Shown one piece after another: positions 25,221-38,123 of a DNA stretch of 64,000 nucleotides. The DNA lies in the NCBI GenBank assembly GCA_003971905.1, contig RSEE01000002.1, forward strand, positions 124,001 to 188,000. The letters run 5' to 3'. Source of the DNA: Moniliella sp. 'wahieum' (lineage: Eukaryota). Made by a program: the position numbers and the translations under genes. Within the stretch, counting starts at the first letter, position 1; each line of letters begins with the position of its first letter. The notes below the pieces were generated by a model, which worked only from the letters and a program-made list of their open reading frames with translations, was not told where the DNA came from and did no database searches.

Positions 25221-25354
25221 GCCCAAGGCTGTGAGGGCTACCGGCCTTAAAAGGCATAAAGTTGTAAACAGATTATGGCCTAAAGCTGGTAAACAGATTA
25301 TGCCTAAAGCCGAAGGCCTCTCACATTGCCCTCAGACCCTCACAGGCCTTAGGC
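25221..25354. repeat. MITE-like structure: imperfect inverted termini of about 18 bp around an internal 23-bp direct repeat
   Basis: GCCCAAGGCTGTGAGGG (25221-25237) versus CCCTCACAGGCCTTAGGC (25337-25354). GTAAACAGATTATG(G)CCTAAAGC occurs at 25264 and 25289. Confidence 0.45.
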
Positions 25355-25770
25355 CTTATGGCCACAGCTCAGAGCCTCCCTCGTCAGCGTGTCCACTGTC
25401 AGCCCCAAGTGGGGCTTGCGGCGCTAAAAGGATTTTATGTCCGCATTTTATACGCGGAATCGAGTGTACGTACCCCCCGTGTTCTCCGGCTGACGGTGAA
25501 CGTTCAAGTTGCACATTCAAGTTGAACTCACCTGCCAAACGGCCACGACCGGCCACGACCCCCGCCAGTCTTACGGCCGGCGACTTGCCTTGGTCGGAGC
25601 GAAAGAGGTGAAAACTATTGTATCGATTTATCGATGATCTCGATGGCCGCCGGTTTTCGCGGGCGCCGGATACATGAGCGTGTTATGAGCGCGTGTCACG
25701 TGGAAACAATAGGTTTGCCATGCACTGACCCTATACCACGCTGGCACAGTGTAGCAACGTCCTGGTCCAT

Positions 25771-25970
25771 CCGGCTACTCGGAGACCGCAATGGATATGC
25801 TGAAGCGTATAGGCCAGTAGCGTAGGGGATCGATTGGGGGCGATATAGGCGTTGGTGGGAGGAAGCACGACGAGGGCTACAAGGGCTTACGTGGCTAATA
25901 TACGCTCGCATTACCAGTGTTTCGGAGCCTGCGGAGCCCTCGGGGCTATGAACCTGCTGGGTGAGCCGCG
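25771..25970. repeat. Diverged direct repeat, copy 2
   Basis: Aligns to 20627-20829 in the same orientation. Confidence 0.85.
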
Positions 25971-28900
25971 GATGTGCTCCACAACATCGGTAAAACTATT
26001 ATATATAACCACCGTGGCAACAACAAAGCCAATGACTGATATGTTCCCGCCAGTGCGGCTTCCTCTGGGCTCCTGTGTTCGCATCTCTTCGCTCCTCTCT
26101 TCTCTCCGCAACCGATACTGTCTTCCGCTCCAGAATTCGTTCACTTCTGTGCCCTCTCGCAATCTCAACTCCCTGATGTTGTGTTGTGTGCTCCGTCATC
26201 AGGCGGCAGGAGCCATCTAATTGCGGGAGTTATCGCGGCGCACAACAAAACAGAGGCTCCCAGGGTAAAGGGTAATAGGACTATTCCGACATCCCTCAGA
26301 TATCAGTGATACCTACACACACGCCGAACGACAGATGCAGCAATACGCGACCAAATCTTCTCAAAACGATACCACACTACACTAATATGCTTAAAAACTG
26401 CTTCATGTTGCCTCACGGATGTCGTTTAATGGGCCCTTCAAGCTACAATTCTCCTCTGTAAACCAACTCGGGGACGATTAACGATTAGAAGGCCAGGACT
26501 AGGTTACTTTGTTTTTGTTGTGTTTGAGCCTGGGAACCTGAAGATGAAAATAATAAGACATCACTGTGATGGTAATGATGGTAATGAACGGCTGACACCC
26601 CCGCAAATAAACCGAGCCTGCCAACTGCAGCGACTCAGAAGGAGAGCTGTGGATCCATGATTCCGAATCTGTCAAGAAATGGCGACCTGTCCGCGACAGA
26701 TAAATCGGCTAACATGTGGCGCCCAGTTACGGTTATATTACACAACACAGTTGGAGGTACTTTGGAGGATAGTGGTGCACCAGGCATCATGTAACGCGTA
26801 GAAGGAAACAGTTCATCAGTCCAACAACCCATCCAGAATACTAGTATACAGCCGAAGTGTTGTTTGTAGGGGAAAATAAAGGCGTCCCCCTTCACATTAG
26901 TTGGACAATCAGTTTGAGAGGGGAAACTTTTTTGAGTCCCAAAAATCAAGTGGGTCGATGTTCTTCTGCGGTGAAAGCGACGGTTCGTTAGAGTTGTCAC
27001 TCAGGCCAAGTTCAACAAAAGACTCTCCAGAGTCTCAGGCGGGATCGGGAGAGGGGAAGAGCATGCTCGGGGGGAGGGGTGAGAATGTGGGCTTTTGGCC
27101 TTGTTTTACCTGTGGAAGGCAAAACACCAGTGTCACGATGGCTTTGGGCCTAGTGCAGAAGAGGGGCTTGCGGTAGGAAATGAGGTCGATTGCGCCTTTT
27201 CTTGGGTCCGATGGACCATTGTTGGTGACACCACCTTTCAAGCTTCCTATATTGCATCTTCCCAGAAGGAGCTGACAATCCGGAGCCGGGAAGTAAGTTG
27301 TAGATGGGGCTCTTCTGGTGGAAAGGAGATGGCTCCAGCAACAGTCCTCTTGGGGCCAATTGCGCAATCGAACTCTTTCGTTGAGCCCGTCAAATCTGTT
27401 CCTGCAAGAGAGAGGCTGTTTCCGTGCACTCCCATATGGAAACAGGAAGGAAAACAGGAGGCTTCTCTCCAGGAATACGATAACTTGGGGGCTCGGTACA
27501 CGCTGTACGTAGAGGTACAACCCATTCATTCGGCGGGAGGATTGGCTCCAGAGACGAAAGAGGGGAAATGCGTGTTGTGCTCGGCTCGCGATGCCTCGAC
27601 CTAGAATATTCTTCAAAAGGGGGGTTGGGGGGGGGCACGTGATGCTCGGAATAACTGGATTACTACATGCTGTTCCAGGTGCGGAGACAGAGCGGTTTCC
27701 TTTTGGGGTGAGTGCATCCGTAACCCCATGGACTGGGTAGTATCGCAGTTGAGAGAGACAGTCCGCATGAAGTTCATCCGGCTTGTGATATAGCCGACAG
27801 AGTTCATGGAGCAACCTCTGCCTGCTGTCACCTCTGCCCTGGCACTTGGAACCGAGGGGGTCGACATTATCAAATCAAATGGTCGAGTTATTTCCTCGGT
27901 GGATGGTCTGTGGAAACTCGAGGAATATGTTTTGTGTCCGTCATCTCTGCTGAAAGCAGAGGGAAGGGCTTGATGGAGGAGGCAGAAGTAGAGAATGCGG
28001 CGTGGCTGGTGCGCCTCTTATCAGACGTACTGGTTGAGAACAGTAGGTTGTGCCTGTTGGTGCCTCCCTCCTCAAGCTGTGGTGTTGCAGGAGAAGTGGG
28101 CGAGAAGATGAAGCAATACTTCCCCCGCAAGCATCGCATAAATCAGGTGAGGAGCACAAGCTGTGACGATTGCCTTCCTTGGAGATGCGATGCAACGGGG
28201 AAAATAAACCAGACTCGGGAGGGGTGCTACACGGCGAGTACATAAGCGGCATCTTGGAGCAGAGCTGTTGCCCCTCTAGGAAGGTGGGAAGGAGTGGTCG
28301 CAAAAAAGGCGTCTGCGAGCGAGAAAGTAGGTTTTCCCCATGTGGCGGCATTTGCAGACGACGGAGCGTAGTTGGCGTCAGCCCTCCTTTTTTTGGGCGG
28401 TAGAGGTGGGATAGGGCATTGTAGCTGGGGGACGGGGGGGGAGTGGCATGACAGAATTGGAGCACAAACTGCCGGAAAAAATACTGCTGATGGAAGTGTG
28501 GTGGTGGGACAAGGTTGGAGATATAGGAGAGAGTTGTGTGAAGGAAAAATGAGCAGGGAAGATAATATCTCTAGCAGCACACACGGTATAAGCACATGCT
28601 GTCACAAGACTCTACGCCTACTCTTCGTGACTATGACCACTCGAACATTGAAGGCTGAGCGTTGAGCCGGATGGAGAACTGAGGCTCACAGGGCGGACTC
28701 AACCCTCAGTTCAGTTTTCAGCCTCTCAGACTGAGTTCCGTAGTGCACACTGCAGAGAAACCGTATCCTCACTTGAGACAGAGGTAATATTACGAGATGA
28801 TTCAGTAAAAATTGAGACGGCGTGACTAGTGACTGGGAGCAAGCACAGAGACAATATGATGCTGTAGTCACTCGTTGGTTCTCACGCGTCATATTCATAC

Positions 28901-30417
28901 ATCCCCGGCCTTATCATATGCGGAAGGGAGGGTCGATTAGGGGCCTCCCTGTTGAACTCATAACCTGTAGAGTAGCGGAGTCTATCAGGCAAGCCAAGGG
29001 AGTGGGTGTGGTAAATAATAGCATTGTATACCCGCGAGGGGTCGTCCTACTTATACGCAAAGTAGGGAAAAGAAAGATAAAGATAACAAGAGCAAAGAGA
29101 ACCTTGTAGCTCAGACCACCAAGTCGGTTAGCCCACAAAGCAGGACAAACCAAACCAGTGCCGAACCAAACTGTTGAGTCTAAATCCAGATGATGTGGTC
29201 CACTCAACAAATGTTCTTGTGCTGCTACAATGCCCGGTCTTGATTTTGAGATATATTGTCTTCATTCTGTTGACAACTGCGCTTATTGCACGTCAACTTG
29301 GGTTCAACCCCTTTTTGTTGCACTTTCGACTTATGGTCGTGGGTGTGAGGTGTGCAAGGAAAGCTGAGTCTTGTGGAGAACAGAATGCGCACATGGTGTC
29401 GCTTTAAAGTAGCAGGTGCCAAGCGGATAAAAAAGAACACGAGATAGGCAGAGTAATTATCGAATAGCATACTACCGCTATGAAAGGAGGAGAACCACAC
29501 ACCGAGGCCACCAAGAGTGACTGCATAGACGATGGTAAGGACATCTCAATGCTGCTTGTTTGTCCCCAACTGAAATAGACGCCGACAATAACCGTAGTAG
29601 GGTATAACTATGCTGGTAATTGTCTTCATGGAAGTCTCTCCTCTGTGGGTTGGACAGGGTGAAGCTAGCTTGAAGTTTTTTTGAAAACGGAAGGGAATGG
29701 AATATGTATGAACGCGTTGTTTGGTTGTTTTCCTCTCAGTACTTTGGTTCTTTTTGCCCACAGAACACCCAGGCATAGACTGTGTTTTTCCTTGCCACAG
29801 CAGCATGCTGTTTTGGAATGTGATGGATTGGATGGACATAGCGTATAGTAGGGCAATAGTGCTATGAGTAAAACACCCCGTTTTCAACCACAAACCTCGC
29901 AATGAACCTGAGGCCTGACGCGTGGACGAGAGCGCCCTCCGTTCCCTGCATCGGTATAAAGCTTAAGCTTAAAGGGAGCCGGTATAGGTACAGAAAAAGA
30001 TACTGAGTACGGTTAGTACTATACTGAGTCCCAGCACTGATGCCCTCACGCTCCACGTCCGAATGTGGTCTTTTGAGACGCTGGCCACTAATCCGCAAGC
30101 AAGCGGCACCCTCATCGGCCTCATCGATCATGTAAGACTTTCGAAGCCTTCCGTAGACCGGCCTTATTAGTCCATTGGTCAGAACACCGCAACGCCATGC
30201 ATAGATAATCGGTAGTTGGCGCGGGAAATCGCATGCATCATGTCGTTCAATATATTCTCAGAACTCAATTGTGCGGAACAATCATTAATCATTAGTGACA
30301 AATGGCGTGTGGACAAAGTAACAGTCACTAGCTATATTCACTAGTGGCACGGGCCGCCAGCACAAAATCCAGCAACTGCATATGCATGACTATGTGAGAA
30401 AACTCGCTTAGCTCTCT

Positions 30418-31435
30418 TCAGAAGCCCTCCTTGCCAGGGGGGATCAGGACGGCCGAACCATGGAAGCGACCATGACGAAGGTCATCCAGGGCTTGGTTCG
30501 CTTCCCTAAGAGGGTAGGTGGTAACGACTGTCTTGACCGGTACTTTGGGTGCCAGCTGGAGGAACTCCAAACCATCTTCCCGTGTCAAGTTGGCCACCCA
30601 CACAATCTCCCTTTCCTCCCCAAATCACGGTAGGGGAAGGCGGGAATGTCGCTCATGGAGATGCCACCACAAACCACCTTTCCGCCCTTGCGAACAGCTT
30701 TGAGTGCCTGTGTCACCAGTGGACCCACAGGGGCAAAGATCAAAGCTGCGTCCAACTTAACCGGAGGGAGTTCATCAGATCCCCCTGCCCAGACGGCACC
30801 AAGTTTCTTGGCAAACTCCATCGTTGCCGTATCTCCCGCCCGCGGAAAGGCGTACACCTCCCTACCTTGATACAGCATGACCTGGATCAGCATTGATGCG
30901 GCCGATCCAAACCCATACACACCCACCCGCTTTGCATCTCCAGCCTTGCGGAGGGTACGGTAGCCAATCAGTCCACCACACAGGAGTGGCGCCAGTTGCT
31001 GGGCCTCGGCATCCTCGGGTAGCGGGAAGGCGAATTGTTCGCTGACGATCGTGTGGGTAGCAAAGCCTCCGTCCTTTTGGAATCCTGTAAAGGTAGGGGA
31101 GTCACACAAGTTTTCAGCCTTAGAGTGGTACAGTACTCGCAATGGCCACAAGTTTGGCCCAGCCAGGGAATGCCAACGCGGTCCCCAACCTTGAGCAAGT
31201 GGACCTCAGGTCCTACCTCTTGAACCCTTCCAACAATCTGGTGGCCAGGGATAATGGGTAGCACGGGGTTGGGCAATTCGCCATCGACAACATGCAAATC
31301 AGTGCGGCAAATGGCACAACACTCCGTCTTAACCAGCACGTCTCCCTTGGCTTTGGGTGTGGGAATGGGCCGTTCAATGGGCACGAGCGGGGCGTGCAGC
31401 TTTGGCAGCTGCATAGCAAACATTTTCTTGGCCAT
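30418..31435 (-). CDS. Zinc-dependent alcohol dehydrogenase, bacterial-type 'CAD2' (GHQ) subfamily; intronless
   Basis: [97 protein letters not shown] and [19 protein letters not shown]. Confidence 0.93.
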
Positions 31436-32940
31436 ACTGGTAGCGACGGTGCTTGGGCGCATACAGAAGGAGGTGGTGGTGGTTGAGGGACAAGAGAGCA
31501 CCTCGCCGCAACCGGTTCGATAGTCGCGAGGACACGGGATGTCGTACGACGGGCGTGTGGCTCAGGACGGTTGCGGGGGATGCTGAGGCGCCGAGAGTGC
31601 TGAGGTGCTGAAGTGCTGACGTGCTGGGGGCAGGCTGAGGCGCTGAAGCGCTGGGGTCTGGGCTACGCAAAGCCAGGTGGGGGTCCGTGCGGGATCGGTT
31701 CAACCTCGGGGGTGAAATTGCACTTTAGCCCCTGGGGTAGCACAGTGGCAGCACGCATGCACCAACCCAATAAGGCTGCGTGCGGGACTGCGCCAGATGA
31801 GCACCGCGCCTATTATATTCCACCACCCCTGTGTGGCCATCGCCGCTGCAGTCACTACCACGATCTCTGTCTCGTGACTGACGTAACAATGGATGCTGAC
31901 GCGGCCGAAGATGCAGTTATTGCCAAAATCTTTTGGTATTCGTGTCGTGTCTTTTGCCTCTCGTTCTACCCACTGCGTTAAGTTGGAGAAAGGAGGGCAA
32001 GCCAAAGTCAACTACCATGGGTATGATTGGTGAGCATGTGTACAATATCAGCGGGGTAGATGCCTTTGCTTCTCACGTGAGTCCCCCGAACGGCCCTCGA
32101 GCCATCGAACCCTTTCTTAGAAAAGGGTTTCTGGACGGCGCCAGCCTTGCAGGCGACTTTGTCGTCGGACCCAAGGAAGCACCGGAGATCCCGGCGGGAT
32201 CGTTGATGTTTTTTGATTGATGGCTTCATCACGCAGTTTCCCGTCAAACGTATCTTCTCTTGGTCTTAATGGACAGCGTCCAAGCCACCTCAAAACACCC
32301 AGTGTGCATGTCGGTATAGGTACACACACTTCCCTGGCAAGTGAGGTAAAGGTACATACAAGCATAACTTTTGCCATAGAAAAGAGATGTAGTCGGGTGA
32401 CAATCACCTTAGAGCGGGGGCGCGCATCTTGCTGCGTTTACGGCGCAGACGGCGCATGCGTTTCTTCGTCCACTTGGCGCGCACTAGAAAAGGCAGCGAG
32501 TGTCAGTTCACAAGGCGTAGGGACATCAGGAAAGCTGGACAAGGGGTCGCGACATGGACGGTGGTGGTGAGATGAGGAAAACATGATTCGATTACAGTGA
32601 CTACTACAGCAACAGTGGCTTACCGCCCGTAGCATGGGGTCTACGGGCCAGCGGCTAGTGAGCGCTGAGCTAGCAATAATGGCGTGGATGACGTCAGCCC
32701 ATTCTGAGGCCTCAGCCTGAGGCTCAGGCCCCGAGGGTTAGACAGGGTTAGACGTTAGACCCGGCCTGCCGGTTGCCAGTTAGCGGTTCCCGATCATCGA
32801 GATCATCGGAACGATCTCAAGTGGTGTGGGTTGTCTGCCTCTCACCGCCAACAGCCAACGGCCAAGGTTCTTCTATCTCCTACCTCCCATCTCCACCTGG
32901 CCCCTTGGATTATCATCCTCTTGCGGTCTTGTTCACAAAG

Positions 32941-33281
32941 ATGACTCGCGCACCAGCTGCGGCGCCTGCGGGCACCTCCTTCCTGGCGCGCGCCGGTACG
33001 CTGACCAAATTTGGTGCAGCCATGGCGGGCGGAGCGATTGCGGCGTCCTTGGTCCTTAATCAATGGAACGCAGTACGGAGCACTTCCCTCTTCCCTCTTC
33101 CCTCCCTGACCCTGGTGCTAACTATAGCTGACCGTTTATATGGGCCCAGGGCGCGACCAAGTCGGATGCCGATCGAATTCGCGAGACGGACGAAGCAGTG
33201 AACAGGCTCCTGCGTCAGTCCAAGGCCCAAGCGGAAGCTGAAGCTGCCAAGGCCAGCGCGGGCGAACCTCTAAAGAGTTGA
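32941..33281 (+). CDS. Small two-exon protein (about 87 aa) with one hydrophobic segment; intron 33073-33149
   Basis: Exon 1 MTRAPAAAPAGTSFLARAGTLTKFGAAMAGGAIAASLVLNQWNA, GTACGG donor, CTAAC/CTGAC branch and CAG acceptor, then in-frame exon 2 GATKSDADRIRETDEAVNRLLRQSKAQAEAEAAKASAGEPLKS*. Confidence 0.65.
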
Positions 33282-34771
33282 AGGTTGAACGTTGAACACG
33301 TCAAGGGATGCAATGGATGCAGTCTTCACCCGGGGTCCAAGGAGGTTAGGCGCTGTTTCCCTCCCCTAAAGCACCGAGGGCTCGGGCCGAGGCCCAAAGC
33401 TCTAGTTTGCGGCATGCCGATGAGGGCTAACGCGTGCCCTTCTCCCACGTGAAGGAGCAGCAGCTGGCCCTTATTCCCCACCCCCTGATCATTGACTCTT
33501 TCCTCAGCCCCGAGCCATTGACTCCTTCCCCTACCGATCAGATTGGTTTCGCTACGTCGCATCCATCCAGTGTAAGACCACCGCCCGGTACTTACCTCCA
33601 TGGACATGGATTCTCCTGTTCACAACGTCCACCCTCTTCGTTGGGAGTGTGTTCATGCCCTTGTCCCTCCCCTGTCGCCCTTGAAAATGTCACGAACCTC
33701 CAATTGGCCCCATCTCTCACTGCATCTTTTCCTCCCATCTCGTTCCACTGAGGGCCAAATGACCCTCCCCAGCCTTCATTTAGGCTACTTGGTGCCTCTC
33801 GAGAGTGGGGCGGGACGGCGACCGCGGACTGCGTTACGGACGCCCAAGCACGACGTCCTGTTCCATATCCACATACCTGGACCGTTCCATTCGATACTAC
33901 CATAAAGCACTAACAAGGGCGCTCAAGTGCGGTGGAAGATAGGGTCGGAGGTCCGAGGACAGGGAGGCAGGGTGCCCTGGGGTAACCTAACTGGCAATTG
34001 AGCACCGTGGGCAGGGGATCTTGCCTTTGGCCGCACGGACACTGGTGACGGTTCACAGTTCACATGACCGTCCAGGTCGGTCGATGACGAGGCAGCGAAT
34101 GTTGCACTGGTTAGGGACACGACATTGGAGGCAGTTAGCCATACCGGCTCTCTCGGAAACAGTGGTTGGCGGGAGTGAAGAGATTGAAGACGGGGCTTTT
34201 TGGTGGGTCAGGCCGGTCAGGTTAGGCGCCGGGTGTGAGCATATGTGAGGACCAGTGGTGAAGAAGACAGGTTTGGCCGGCAAGAAAGATGGTGTCAGAC
34301 CAGTACCTTCAAAGGCATTGATATTGAATCTCGATGTCTTTTTCACCACACGCTCGGGGGACCTGCCGTCCCAGCGTCCCTTGCGTGGAACCCAACACAG
34401 GTCCAGTCCCTGAGGATGCGTCCGCGTCTCGCGCGTCTCATTTACTCCTCCCCCCCGCCCCTGCCCCACCCTGCTACCGCGTCGTTGGACTAACAATTTA
34501 GCAGCAATTCTACCGTCTACCAGCTTATATCTTACCAAGCTAGGGTCGTCGTGACGCCTGATGGTGGGAAGCGGCGCACCTAGTCTAGGAAACAAAATGA
34601 CTCGCATCAGGCCGAACGGCAGGTGATTGAACGTATGAAGGACTGAAAAGGGAGGCGCGCCGAGCATGTCGCTTGAAAGGAACGGCTACGTGGGTCTGTG
34701 GATACAGGTGGAACGCTGGAACGTTGGAGCGTTCAAGTTGAACGTTAAGGTAGGATTATTAGGGACCGACA

Positions 34772-36709
34772 TCAGGGGGCCGACTGCGGGGTATAGGTCA
34801 ACCAGACATGGTCCAGCGTCGTGGCATCGCCCAGGACAGAGAGGGACCAGGTACGATCGGTGCTAACGGCCACTACGCCCAGGCCCGAATTGGACCGCGT
34901 ACGAACGGTCGGGAGAGAGGGAGGGGGCAGCCGGAGTAGAGTGACGCCAGGCAGCTTGGTGCGCTTCCACCCACCCCCTCGGTCGCGCCAGCGGGGCAGG
35001 CAGAGGAAGGTGGAGGGCCAGGAGCAGATTCGCAACTCGCCCCTGGCACGCACTCCGCACCTCCGTCTCCTCCCATGCTGCTGCCAACCGAGCACGAGGT
35101 GGAGTGAGTTTGGTAATCCAAGCCTGTACCACCCGGCGAACCTGGGACAAATCCAGCGGTGTAGTGTAGTAGGGTCAGCGTGTAATTCGGCCACCACCTC
35201 GTGCACGCTGGAGTTGTTCGTCGTCGGGCGCGAGTGAACGAGATCATTGAGGAAGGTCAGCCGGGCAGGTTCACGCGACCGCACTCGCCGTCCATCTTCC
35301 GGCTCGTCCTCGTCCTCTACCTCCGCCTCAGCTTCTCCGGTTTCCTCTTCTTGTTCCATAGGTGGTAACTCGAGGGCCCTCCTCCCGGCAGAAATAGCCG
35401 TGCCCACTAGAGGGCGTGTGGGAGCCAGACGACGACCCCGCTCCTCCTCTGAATGGTTCGTGGCCGGGTCGGGAGAAAGGCTGGGAGAAGCGGGTTGGTC
35501 GGGCGACCCGGCAGAGCGGATGTTGAAGGAGAAGAGACGGAACCCCCTCGACCCCGGCCCCGACCTCGTGAGGTAGAAGGTGCCCCCGACGATCGCGAAC
35601 GAGAAGCAGACGAGGTCCTGGGAGGGATGCGCCAAAAGACAGCTACATGGGTAGCATAGGAAACGTCCAGCCCCTCTTGGTCCGGATCTGAGCTGAGCTC
35701 GTCTAGCGGAAACATGAGAGGGCTCTGGCCACCTGTGCTCCAACTGCCCCCGGCTAGGGGGCGCATCGGGAGCATCACGGGGAGGTGGAAGACGCCAGCC
35801 TTGGGAGTTACCATCGGCTCCTCCTCCATCCCAGGCAGGCAAGTCGGTGTTGCTGGCGTGCTTGACTTCGCCTGCGCGCAATGTCATCGGCCCGCCAATC
35901 CCGCCAATCTCGGCAATGTAGCCATGGGCCCGGGCGGCTCGGACAGCCCAACGACGAAACTCGCCAGGAGTCCATTCAAACTGGTGCTCTTCGTGACGGA
36001 ACTTGCGCTCGGTTTGCCAGTGGGGTCGGGTCGGAGAGAGATACCCCCGTCGGCATCGTCAATTTGGTCCTTCCCTACCGGCTCTTGGTTCAGGTGCACA
36101 TGAAATGCGTAGTTGGGGGTTGTAAGAAGGACGACTTTGGGACGCAGGCGACCGAGCACCTCAGGAGCAAACGCCTGGGCGACAGGCTCGGTCAAGTGCT
36201 CGATACTGTTGGGAAGACACTGTCAGGATAACCGCACAAAAGAGAGGCCAGCAGACACGTACACTTCGGTTGCTACAACGGCGTCGTAGCCTTCAAGAGC
36301 AGGGTCATGCTGAGCCAGATTGCCGTGGAGGAGGCGAACGTCGAGCGGGGCAAATCGAGGTCGGGAGGGGTCGTCTGAGGCGAGGACGGAGCTGAGGCCG
36401 CATGTGCCTGGGCCAGCTTGGGAGCGTTCACGTCTAGGCCGGTCAAGAGACGCGGGGCGATGTCGGCGGGGGGGAGAGGAAGAGAGGCAGGGAGGAAGGA
36501 GGCAGCGGAGGGATGGGCGGGGGGCGCAGGAGCAGCACTGGTGGTGTCGTCAAGATGGGCAGGGCGGAGGGTGCGCGGTGGGCGGGCGAGGATGGCGAGC
36601 AGACGGCCAGCGCCGCACCGAGGTCGAGGACGGAGCCGGGCTGGATCTCGGCGAGGCGGGCCATGATCCAGGCGTGGCGCTGGGCATGCCACAGCTCGGG
36701 GTCAAACAT
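34772..36709 (-). CDS. HEN1: Small-RNA 2'-O-methyltransferase HEN1 (ends approximate; intron about 36213-36263)
   Basis: FDPELW.QR, SVLDLGCGAG, GYDAVVATEV/IEHL, LLTTPNYAF, PDPTG..FRHEEHQFEWTPGEFRRW and YATHVAVF motifs in order across frames. Confidence 0.9.
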
Positions 36710-38123
36710 GGGCCTGGGCGGGGTGGTGGTGGGGGGGAGGGCGGATGCGCGGAGGAAAAGGGCGGGGGGATGATGCAATGGCGCTGCTGTGTGGTGCGGT
36801 GCTTCGGCTGTGCTTCGGCCTGTGGTTGGCGTCGCAGCTGGGGGAGCGGCTGGAGCGGCGGCTGGGCGTGGAAAGGGGCTAGGCAGCCGGGGCTGGTCAG
36901 CGGTCCGCCTCAGCGGTCGCCCAGCCTCAGCGCCGCCTCGCGGGGTGCAGCATCATGATGCATGCCTCATGCATCAGCATCACCCCCCTACAGGGAGCGC
37001 CACGGACAGCGCCTGGCCGGAGAGCGCACGTTGCATAGACACGCAGCCCGCCAGTGTCCGGCGGGGCACAGGACGGCGACGCTGCTGTCACACGTCACGC
37101 GTCCCGTGCCATGTCCAGGCAGGCGCTGGGCAGGCCCTGCATCAGCGTCCTCCTCACACTGCCGCTGCGGCTGATTTTTGTGCGCCGCTTATTAATCGTG
37201 CAGGTGCAAGCCTGTGCAAGCCTGCAAAAATTTACCTTGGCAGCGCTTGCGGTAACCACACCATACATCAGCCCATCAGATCTCCGATGTCAGATGCCAT
37301 CTCCGCCCCACACCCCATGCAATGTGCACGCGGCAAGAAGATTGGCCGACCCCCACTGGGCACACTGCCCCCAGCTTCCTGCCGCACTCACCGCCTCCGC
37401 GTACTCACAGCCCGAGTCCCCAGGTACCCAAGTCCTACCAAGCCCCCACCCGCACGTCATGCGCATGATAGTCACTAGTCACACGTCACACTGACTTGGT
37501 GGCTACCGGTTACGTGATTCCCATCCCAATGAGACGCTTGTCTCTCCGCTCCCCCAGCAGTAATTCCAGCAAAGCTAAAATGCCAGCGAGTAATTACATA
37601 AGACCGGTGCAATCCCTTCTAACCCTACCTGCGTGGCCTACGAGCCAACCGGCCGGGCCCCCACCGGCGTTCTCACACCTACCCCAACTCAGACCGCCAA
37701 TGAAGCTGGGCAGCAGACACTCTGGTGCCGCCCCCCACTTGTCCCCGGGGATCGATTGTAGTGCGAATCATGTGGTGTGGACAGAGATGAGATCGATGAG
37801 CGCGCTCATCTTGAGGGTTTTTAACTCTGAACCATCTCTTAACGAGATTCTTATCAATATTCAATCCTCAGCTAGTTCTTTCCAGTGGCCAAACATGTTG
37901 GTGGTCTTGATGGCATAGTGGTGTCATTGTGGGCATCCGGACCAGCGGATACAGGATGGACTTTGGTTGTGTTCTATAGATGACTGTCATTTTGCCCGCT
38001 CAAAAGGCGATGGATACTATCAACCACCCCTGGTACAATAATTTGATTGCCAAAACAACAGATTCCCAAACGGCTCCTCACACAGAGGCCAGATATCCAC
38101 CAAGACAGCACACGCTTTGTAGT

